Origin: Octopus bimaculoides
Lineage: Eukaryota
Assembly (NCBI RefSeq): GCF_001194135.2
Contig: NC_068982.1
Span: forward strand, 15,179,682 to 15,243,681
Reading direction: 5' to 3'
DNA length: 64,000 nucleotides
Part shown: piece by piece, positions 25,828 through 35,776 of the stretch
Layout of the letters: every line of letters starts with the position of its first letter
Numbering within the stretch: position 1 is the stretch's first letter
The notes under the pieces: model-generated
The model's input: the letters and a program-made list of their open reading frames with translations, nothing else
Told to the model about the DNA's origin: nothing
Database searches by the model: none
Position numbers and translations under genes: made by a program

Positions 25828-26140
25828 CATCATCATCATCATCGTCGTTTAACGTCCGCTTTCCATGCTAGCATGGGTTGGACGATTTGACTGAGGACTG
25901 GTGAACAGGATGGCAACACCAGGCTCCAATCTGATCTGGCAGAGTTTCTACAGCTGGATGCCCTTCCTAACACCAACCAGTCCGAGAGTGTAGTGGGTGC
26001 TTTTACATGCCAGGTACTGGCAACGGCCACGTTCAAATGGTGTATTTTACATGCCACCTGCACAGGAGTCAGTCCAGCGGCACTGGCAACGACCTAGCTC
26101 GAATGTTTTGTTCATGTGCCAGTAAGGCGATGCTGGTAAC
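25828..26140 (-). mobile_element. LINE 3'-tail copy, tail-to-tail with a + copy at ~25555-25815
   Basis: Same signature on both strands, separated by a short (CT)n. Confidence 0.85.
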
Positions 26141-27844
26141 GATCACACTGGAATGGTGCTCAGTTAAACCGTCTAACCCATGCCAGCATGGAAAGTAGAT
26201 GTTAAATGATCTCTCTCTCTCTCTCTCGCTTTCTCTTGTTTAGTAACCACATGGTTTTGGGTTCAGTTCCACAGTGCACCCCTTTCAGCAAGTGTTAGGC
26301 TGACCAATGCCTTGTGAGAAAATTTGGTAGAGGGGAAAACTTTGTAGAAGCCTGTCCTCTTTGTGTGTGTGTGTGTGTGTGTGTGTCTTTGTCCCCCACC
26401 ACCACTTGACAACCGCTGTTGGTTTGTTTACATCCAACAGAATAATAACTGGGCTGGTTTGTGTGTTCTCAACCGAAGTCCAGATGATCCTTGGTTCTCA
26501 ACTGGGGTCCATGTAAGATTTTGCTGCTAAAATTTATGTGCAATAAACTGGTTATACTTTTACAATGCACAAAATATTTTACTTGTTTGCTTAGGGAGTG
26601 GGAACAGACACATTACAGCCAAAAGGAGTTCAAACCCTGATCACTTCAACTTTTTTCCTCAGAGACATATTATCCTTCCTATGTTTTTTTCTTAAACAAT
26701 AACAGGATGCAATTTGAATGACATTTGGTTGATATTTCATGAAGTCAAGTGACCACATAAAGGCTGCATCTCTATGCAACTAACTGGGAGAAGTGACATC
26801 TGCCTTGTGGCCTCAATACTACTGTTTTATATCTCATTCCTGGTGACATACTGTTAAAACATTTAGCTCTTAATGACATTTTCCTAACTATAAATAATGT
26901 CTCTTCAGCTGGGAGGGGTTTTTTTTTAAACGATGCTTAAATTGTGCTTAGATCAAATTCCATACAATGAAGAGATGAGAGATAAAAGATTCCACTGTAT
27001 AGGTTGTTTTTCTAGCTGAGATTGTGGTTTTAGCCCCAGATCAGGCAGAAACAGTCATATCATCAAAGGTATCCCAGCCATAATCATTTTAACTATTCAG
27101 ACATAATATCATCGTCATCATTTAACGTCCATTGTCCGTGCTGGCATGGGTTGGATGGTTTGACCAGACTGGCACGCTGGAAGGCTGCACCAGACTCCAG
27201 TCTGATATGGTTTTCTATGGCTGGATGTCCTTCCTAACGCTGACCTCTCCAAGGCTTTTACATGCCACTGGCACAGGTGCCATTTGCATGACACTGGGGT
27301 GCTTTTATGTGCCACTAGCATGGGTACCAATCTGTGTGATACTGGTATCTGCCATCACTTGATGGGTCTTCTCAAGCACGACATAATGCCAAAGATCTTG
27401 GTCATTGCCTCCATGAGGCCCACCACTCGAAAGGAACTCAGCCACTTTGTCTCTGTGAGGCCCAACAGCACTATTCAATATGTTCCCCTTTTTTAAAGAC
27501 AGTAGGAATGTTATTTGTGGGAGATCTGGCTGCTGTTTCTAGCAGTTTGATTAATCACACAGGCTCAATTTTTGGTTCATCTAGCTGACGTAACATTCTT
27601 AGATGACCTAATTCTTATCTCCCTCTCTAGTAGACTGATGAAAAGAAGCACATATAAGTATGTGCACCACTCAAGTGTTCAGTAACACACTCTGTGAATA
27701 GACTAAGCTGAAGACCTACAACTTGGTTGTCCAATAACTTATTTATCAACTCTCAAAAAACAATGCTGGATTGGACTCAGTGAGGTCTTAAGGTATATAA
27801 GGCTTGGAGGCACCTTGTTAAAAATATTGCACCTGAAGATCCAC

Positions 27845-28620
27845 AACATAAAGGGCACTGAAAGAGCCATGTTAAGAACATCACTAAGAGAACACATTTG
27901 AAATGAGATAATTTCAGAATGGAGTTGAGTGAATGATATGACTGCAAAATGCTAGGCCTAAGGTTCGCAGACAATAGTTGGAACCAGGCAAAATCGTGAT
28001 GGCACCTGTACCAGTGGAGCACTAAGAGCACCGTCCGAGCGTAATCATTGCCAGAGACGCTGTCCGGCTTCCGTGCCGGTGGCACGTAAATAGCACCAGC
28101 GTGATCGTTACCAACATCGCTTTCCTGGCACGTGAAAAGACATTCGAGCGAGATCGTTGCCAGTGCCAATGGACTGGCTCCTGTGCAGGTGACATGTAAA
28201 ATACACCTTTTCGAACGTGGTCGTTGCCAGTACCGCCTGACTGGCCTTCGTGCCGGTGGCACGTAAAAGCACCCACTACACTCTCGGAGTGGTTGGCATT
28301 AGGAAGGGCATCCAGCTGTAGAAACTCTGCCAAATCAGATTGGAGCCTGGTGAAGCCACCTGGTCCACCAGTCCTCAGTCAAATCGTCCAACCTATGCTA
28401 GCATGGAAAGCGGACGTTAAACGACGATGATGATGATGCAGTTTCCAAGTGGTATCAAAAAGATGGGGAAAAGGCCCCTTGGAAGGCCTCCACTCCAACT
28501 GGAAGATGATTTAGTTAAACAATTTGGGTCAAAATGGAAAAGAATGGTACAATCAAGAGAGAAGTGACTAGCAGTGTATAACAGCATCTGAAGGTCTTGT
28601 TGATACTGTGATTTCCTTGC
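27845..28620 (+). mobile_element. Old RTE-clade LINE 3' fragment split by the insertion at 27988-28438
   Basis: TERAMLRTSLREHI*NEII left of the insertion; AVSKWYQKMGKRPLGRPPLQLEDDL right of it. Confidence 0.65.
27988..28438 (+). mobile_element. Young LINE 3'-tail copy inserted into an older RTE fragment
   Basis: CpG-rich UTR units and an AAACGACGATGATGATGATG tail. Confidence 0.85.
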
Positions 28621-28825
28621 ACACTGTTATGCTCAAATCCTGTAAAAAAAACTTGCAGTAGAACAACAGAGACCATGAGGGACTGGCTGAATTGTTTGAG
28701 CAGCAGACAAAATTCTGTGGAGCATTTAGTTGCTGCCCTTATGTTCTCACAAAGGCCAACTTTGCATTGGATTCTTCTGAGCAGTGCTGCATCCAGACAT
28801 AAACTAAACAAGCTATACCTTAGAG

Positions 28826-28997
28826 CAGTGCTCTGCAACCTTTTTTTCACTTGTGGTACACTTATATTCTTTTCAAAATTCGGCGGCACACCTAAACTAA
28901 AAATATAACTAAAGTATAGGGGGAAAAAAAAATTATATTCAGGTTACATTGTGGCACACCTAGCATCGCCTCATGGCACACTGGTTGCAGAGCACTG
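28826..28997. mobile_element. hAT-type MITE
   Basis: Perfect 15-bp TIR CAGTGCTCTGCAACC; 8-bp flanks CCTTAGAG/GCTAAGAG (6/8 match). Confidence 0.8.
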
Positions 28998-29207
28998 GCT
29001 AAGAGCCTCAAAAACTACAGGGCTGTAAAATAGAAAAGAATCCATGTTTTCAATATCTGAGATCTCCTGGTGTATTTTTTCTAACAAGGTGCCTTCTGCA
29101 CTTTATATACCTTAGGGACCACACCAAGTCTAAATCCAGTATTGTTTTTGAAGGTCTGTAATTGAAGTACAAGTCAAGTACTGGATTGATAAAATATTCC
29201 TATAAGG

Positions 29208-29490
29208 CAGTAGTTCCCAAACTTTTACAAGCTGCTGCCCCTTGGCATCCAGGCCACATTCCTAGCGCCCCCTCATCTTCCCTACCACAAATATAGACCA
29301 CTTTCTACAGCAAATTCAAAACAACTGTATTTCACAAATAAAACTTAAACCTAATTAGCTTATACTTTTTTTTTTCACATCTATCACCCTATTTTGGCCA
29401 CCCCCATTATCATCCCACTTTTATTCAACACTCCCCTGGATCGTTCCACTGCCCAGAAGGGGGCAGTATTACCCACTTCGGGAACCACTG
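29208..29490. mobile_element. hAT-type MITE
   Basis: TIR CAGTAGTTCCCAAA / TTCGGGAACCACTG; 8-bp flanks CTATAAGG/CTCTAAAG (6/8 match). Confidence 0.75.
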
Positions 29491-30512
29491 CTCTAAAGTA
29501 GCCTAGTTATGAATGCAACTATAACAGAACTTTTTAAACACATCTTTATTCAAGGCATGACTTGTTTTAACCGAGTGCCCCTTCCACATCAAACAAGGAC
29601 AAGTTACAGAAAACATCGGAACATCCTAGCGGCGCCAAGTAACAAAATACAAAAACCAAGTATTAATCCAAATTTTTGATTTAGTTTCGAAGAGGTGTAT
29701 GAAAAACCTAAGTTACAAGAACGTCGTTATAATACATTTAAGACCTCAAATAGTTAAGAACCAAATTAAAAAATATATTCGAGTGTTTGAATTATCAGTT
29801 ATAATATAGGTTTAGTTATCTTTGAGTGAGTTACTGGGTTTCTTTTACGTAAAATGCAGTGATTAATTAAAATATAATCTATCTTATAATGAATAAAATG
29901 GAAAATACAAAACAATGTTCCTAAGTTGTAATATATATTTTCTACACGCAATATTCCATTACTATTCTCAGTCACCCTTTAACACCGGTTTTCCATGCTG
30001 ACATGGAGTGGACTTTGTTTCTGAGGCTGTGTTTATAGCAAGATGCCCTTCCTGTCGCCTTTTTGTGATATACAGGGACATGGTGGGCACATTCTAAAAT
30101 AGGGAAACACACGGTATTGAATGCACATCTGCGGAATGTTTAAATAATGTGCAGATATGTGTATATTTATCCTTTGAAATTTAATATATACATTCATTGT
30201 TCCTTTTGATACTCAACACATCTGTGTAGGTGGTTTCTTGTAAAATATTAAAATTCACACATTCCAATTAGACGTAACGAAATGTTTTACTTATTGGAAA
30301 AATAAATAAATTATGAAGTTGAACACTTTGTCCTAAATACCAGCTTCTTAGTATATTTTCATTTGCATCCTTCACAGCTGCAGGTTAGACGAAAGAAAAT
30401 TCTATCACGAAATATAATAGTACCACACACATACATAACAATATATATATAACATATGAATATAGAATATACTTCACTAGATGTATTGAGTACTGTTTGC
30501 AACTTTAAACAT

Positions 30513-30559
<47 letters not shown>

Positions 30560-30875
30560 GTGTGTGTGTAAATATATACATGTATAAAAATACGTGTACT
30601 ACAGATTATGTTTGCTTGTATTCAAAACAATTAAAAGCTGCATCCATCTCAGAACGGTAATATATATATATTTCTCCCCTTTTCCTTTAACATAAAATAC
30701 TCTGTTCCATTTTCAAAAGTTCTCTTTTTTCTCTCGACCCCTTTTTTCAGTTTTCTTAACTATTTAAATGCGAAATCTAATAGAAATAAAAGACGAATAA
30801 GACACATCGATGACAACAACACGACATGGAAGAAGGCCTCTCATTTCAAAGAAAAAACACCTCCTGTCCACTTAC

Positions 30876-30924
30876 GACATTGAATATTATATAGAAAACC
30901 AGTTGTATTGGTGTTCTGGTATCC
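30876..30924 (-). other. Putative 49-nt second 5' exon of the ZF gene
   Basis: Acceptor tattttttttcttcatccaag| at 30925 and donor AATGTC|gtaagt at 30876. Would follow a 108-nt AT-rich intron (30925-31032). Confidence 0.45.
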
Positions 30925-31032
30925 CTTGGATGAAGAAAAAAAATAGTAACTTTGGCAAAAAAAAACCCCACATACAATAATTTTATTCTAAATATAATTG
31001 GATATTAAAAAAAATAAATATATGCAACTTAC

Positions 31033-31130
31033 CAAGAGATTTTCCACGAAAATTATTGCATAGATAATATAATGTAGACAACTGCATAAATATCGCAAGC
31101 GACAGCCATGTTTGATAGAGAGATTTAGTT
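31033..31130 (-). other. Putative first exon of the ZF gene (TSS approximate)
   Basis: Strong donor CTCTTG|gtaagt at 31033 in a locally CpG-containing stretch beside ETS- and YY1-like motifs. Inferred; no transcript data. Confidence 0.55.
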
Positions 31131-31163
31131 GAAAAATTTCCTCCACCTTTTCCTCCCGGAAGT
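31105..31163 (-). promoter_or_regulatory. Putative core promoter motifs: ETS/GABP-like CCGGAAGT (31156-31163) and YY1-like GCCATGTTT (31105-31113)
   Basis: Motif matches immediately upstream of and within the putative first exon, as is typical of TATA-less metazoan promoters. Confidence 0.45.
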
Positions 31164-32829
31164 ATGGAAGGGCGACAAACACACAATCATATGTGTCGGC
31201 TTTGATAATTTGTTGTATAATTATATTGTCATAAATATATATATTCCGCTGGCGGAATTGTTAGCGCGCCAAACAAAAATGTTTAATGGCATTTTATCTG
31301 TCTTTTGGTTCTTGGTTCAAATTCTGCTGAGGTCGACTTTTATCCTTTCGGGATCGATAAAATAAGTAACAATTGAGCACTGGGGGTCGATGTAAATCGA
31401 CTTACTCTCTCCATCAGCGAAATTGCTGGCCTTGTGCTAAACCTTGAATTAAGTTTTATCTTTGGTCAATAATATCGACTAGCCCCACCCTAAAATTGAC
31501 CTACAGAAGAAAGGATTATTATTATTATTTGTTCAAATAATACTGAGATCGATAAAATTACAGTTGAACACCACTGTTTATATAATCGAATTACCGCCTT
31601 CCCTAGAATTGCTAGTCTTGTTCCAAAATTAAAAAACAAAACATTATTATTGTTATTATTGGTCAATATTATCGACTAGCACCTCCACTCCTACTAAAAT
31701 CTCTGGTCTTGTGCTTATAGGAGAAAGGATTTTTATTATTATTAGTTTAAATAATGCCGAGGTCGGTAAACCAAAGTCCATGTTGAGTGCTGAGGTCGAT
31801 GGAATCGACTAGTCCAGTCCGCCAAAATTTCAGGCCTTGTGCCTATAGTAGAAAATATATTCCACTGTCATATATCGTTATATACCATTTCACAGAACAT
31901 TTTTGTTTGAAACTTGAAAACATTACACTGTTGCCGTATTTTTTTAACCTGATTTTTTTTTCTATTTTAGTTATTAAAATTTATTGGAATATAACACATG
32001 TAGATGATGCATATGTAATACAAAAACTCATTAGAAATACAAATCCCAAACCGGAAGAAAACATTTTAATTAATTTAAAAAAAATTCTTTAATATTAATT
32101 ATTTTTACTTTTGGTGTCTATTTGGATTATCTCCCTTAAATTTTATTTAATTGAAATAATCGGATTAGCTAGAACTATCTAAAGAGATTTTCCGCCAGTG
32201 TTTAATGTGCAGCATCACATTATCACAATTTGGTAACTTATCTGATATAATTTTTGGCCAGTGTTACAAGAAAAAAAGAAGTTTCTAAAAAGAAATAATT
32301 TAAGATGTTACTAGTAAAGATTGTGACTTCAGGAAATTATATATATGACAGATATTTATTTTTTATCTACCCCTTAAAAGAAACGTTAAAACTGAGTTAC
32401 TGAGAGAGCCTCAGTGTGGATGTCCGACTGGGTTGAAATAACTAAATCTCTGAAAAAAGAAAAAAAGATTGCATTAACATTTTAGGGAGGGCGACATTAG
32501 ATGATTTGTTTCTTGATACATTTTTTTGCAAAATAAATATTTAAAGGAAAAAGTGGAGGTGGTGGTCATCACAACTGGAATGTCTGATTCTAGAGTTGCT
32601 CAGCTAAAACTAACATGGGAAACTTTGAGTTGAGTCCAAACACACAAAGTAGAAATCATACCTATAGCAATAAGCACAGGCATTGCTGCTGCACAACACT
32701 GTGGTTCTGGGTTCAATCCCATTGCATGGCATATTGCGCAAGTGTCATGTTTTTGAAGGCTTGGATAGATCAATGCATTGTGCGTGGAATTCGATAGCCA
32801 GAGACTGTACTGTACACATGCATATATTT

Positions 32830-34093
32830 ACGTATGCGGAAACTGGAGATTGACGAGTGGTTACTAAGAGCTGTACAGGCCCAGTACAAGGATGCCGTTA
32901 GTAAGGTAAGGGTCGGCAATGAGTATAGTGAAGAATTCAGGGTAGAAGTAGGGGTCCACCAAGGATCAGCCCTCAGCTCCCTCTTATTCATTATAGTCCT
33001 CCAGGCAATAACAGAGGAATTCAAGACAGGTTGCCCCTGGGAGCTCCTCNNNNNNNNNNCCCTCAGCTCCCTCTTATTCATTATAGTCCTCCAGGCAATA
33101 ACAGAGGAATTCAAGACAGGTTGCCCCTGGGAGCTCCTCTATGCTGATGACCTTGCTCTCATAGCAGAATCACTACCAGAACTTGAGAAGAAATTTCAGG
33201 TGTGGAAGCAAGGTTTAGAATCGGAGGGCCTTAAAGTCAATGTTGCAAAAACCAAAGTCCTAGTAAGTAGGAAGGCGAACACATTACAAACCCCTTCGGG
33301 TAAATGACCCAGCTCGATCTGTAGAAAAGGTGTATGTAGAAACTCAATAAGATGTACCCAGTGTAAGCTATGGATGCATAAGAGGTGCAGCAACATCAAA
33401 GGAAGGTTAACTGGGAAGATAGCTTTTGTGTGCGGCAGATGCACAGGAGCAATAAACATCGCAGATGCTCAGAAAACTGATTCCATCACATGCCAGGGAG
33501 AGAAACTAGAAGTAGTTGATAGCTTCTGCTACCTAGGTGACCAAGTCTGTAGTGGGGGTGGATGTTCGGAGAGTGTTGCCACTAGAATAAGAATAGCCTG
33601 GGCAAAGTTCAGAAAGCTCCTACCTCTACTGGTGACAAAGGGCTTCTCGCTCAGAGTGAAAGGTAGATTGTATGATGCATGTGTGTGAATTGCCATGCTA
33701 CATGGCAGTGAAACATGGGCTGTGTCTGCTGAAGACCTGCATAGACTTGAAAGAAATGAAGCTAATATGATTCACTGGATGTGTAATGTCAGTGTGCACA
33801 CACGACAGAGTGTAAGCACCCTGAGAGAAATGTTGGACATAAGAAGCATCAGATGTGGTGTGCAAGAAAGACAACTGCACTGATATGGTCATGTACTGCG
33901 TATGGATGAGGAGAGCTGTGTGAAGTATCACTCCCTAACAGTGGAAGGAACCCATGGAAGAGGGAGACACAGGAAGACATGGGATGAGGTGGTGAAGCAT
34001 GACCTTCGAATGTTGGGCCTCACAGAAGCAATGACGAAAGACTGAGACCTCTAGAGATATGCTGTGATTGAGAAGACCCGGCAAGTAAAGTGA
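32830..34093 (+). mobile_element. 5'-truncated RTE-like LINE ORF2 (reverse transcriptase plus embedded PHD finger), inactivated by stop codons
   Basis: ORFs 32834-33307, 33374-33688 and 33695-33883 share one frame. Motifs: GVHQGSALS.LLF, LLYADD (33140-33151), SFCYLG, HGSETW, GRGRHRKTWDEVVKHDL. Terminal TGA at 34091-34093. Confidence 0.93.
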
Positions 34094-35068
34094 GATCACA
34101 GCCATAGCCTACATCAGTGTCACATAACAAACCCATTTAAAAAGTACCTTTGAATCATCAGGCGACATGCCATGGTTGAGGAGACCTATTGAGTCAAGTA
34201 AAATCAAAATCAAAATCAAATCAAATCACAATCAAATCACAGTCAAATGGAAATTGTAGCTGTGGTGGATGCCGGTGCTGCCTGACTGGCTCCCATGCCA
34301 GTGGCATGCAATAAACCATTCATGTGTGAGTCGTTTCCAGTGCTGCCTGACTGGCTCCCTGTGCTGGTGGCACATAAAAAGCACCATGCAAACATGTGCA
34401 AGAGAAACGACTGTGCTGGGATGATCATGTCATGTGCATGGATGAGGACAGCTGTGTAAAGAAGTGCCGATCTTTGACTGTGGAGGGAACTTGTGGAAGA
34501 GGCAGACCCAGGAAGACATGGGATGAGGTGGTGAAGCATGATCTTTGAACTTTGGGTCTCACAGAGGCAATGAGTGGTGACTGAGACCTTTGGTGATATG
34601 CCGTGCTTGAGAAGACCTGTCAAGCCAAGTGGAATCGTAGTTGTGGCCAATGCTGGTATCATGTAACTGGCACATAAAAAGCAGCTTTCAAGCACTGGGT
34701 CTCACAGAGGCAAAGTGACCAATGCCGGTGCCATACGTAAAGCTCCTTTTGAGTGTTGGGCCTCACAGAGGCAATGACAAATGGCTGGGACCTTGGCAGT
34801 ATGTCATGCTTGAGAAGAAGTCCCATCAAGCCAAGTAAAATTGCAGTCATGACAGATATTGGTGTCATGCAAATGGTACTCATGCCAGTGGCACATAAAA
34901 GCACCCATTACACTCTCGGAGTGGTTGGCATTTGGAAGGGCATCCAACCATAGAAAACCATACCAAATCAGACTGGAGTCTGGTGCAGCCTTCCAGCTTG
35001 CCAGTCCTGGTCAAACTGTCCAACCCATGCCAGCATGGACAACAGACGTAAAATGATGATGATGATGG
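34094..35068 (+). mobile_element. 3' UTR of the LINE, then two further partial 3'-end copies, ending in a (GAT)n tail
   Basis: (AAATC)n and GTGGCAC/GTAAAAAGCACC units. A second ORF2 C-terminus at ~34425-34631 (MDEDSCVKKCRSLTVEGTCGRGRPRKTWDEVVKHDL). Terminal GGAAGGGCATCC..ATGGAC..AAATGATGATGATG. Confidence 0.85.
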
Positions 35069-35396
35069 CAGGTTTCTGTCATTTTCTGTCTTCAAAATCC
35101 ACTCACAAGGCATTGGTAGGTCTGAGGCTCTAGCAAAAGATACTTTCCCAAAGTGTCACACTATGGGACTGATCCTGGAACCTTATGGTTTGGAAGCAAC
35201 CACATGCATAAAACTGCTTCTTTTACTTGGTTTTAGGTATTGCTTCTTTCAAAAAATTTCTCTTGGAATACATTCTCGATTTATAACACGAAAATCAATA
35301 GCAAAATGAATTTCATGTGAGATTTTGTTTCACAGCAAGAATTTTAGGAATGCTTTACATCTGTAGTGTGGGAGATTTGTGTAAATACACACACAC

Positions 35397-35427
<31 letters not shown>

Positions 35428-35557
35428 TGTATGTATATATATATGTGTGTGTGTGCATAACAAATTAAAAAGAGTGGCTTATTAGCAATTAGAACCTAAA
35501 GGCAAAATTAATAGAGGTCATAAAAGTGACAGAAGGTACTGACTAGCACCACTTTTG

Positions 35558-35776
35558 GGGAAATTTCGAACCTGGGTTCTCATTCCTATCGATGTTACTA
35601 TTATTATTATTATATTATTATTATTAATCAGGTCGCTGCCGTGAATCGAACTCGGAACCTTGGGGTTAGTAGCCCGTGCTCTTAACCACTACGCCATATG
35701 GATGAGGACGAATATCCATCAAATGTAGATAATGTAAATAATGTAAATAATTCCTCATCTCTTAAATATAGAACTG
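35558..35776. mobile_element. Short retroposed insert with tRNA-like head (35627-35700, minus) and 14-bp TSD
   Basis: TAGCACCACTTTTG at 35544-35557 and 35777-35790. Minus strand reads TGGCGTAGTGGTTAAGAGC..GAGTTCGATTC, then (AAT)n. Confidence 0.75.

Noticed and set aside
35627-35700. tRNA gene candidates here and at other SINE heads
   Set aside because: A/B boxes are present but there is no complete acceptor stem; each continues into a repeat body.
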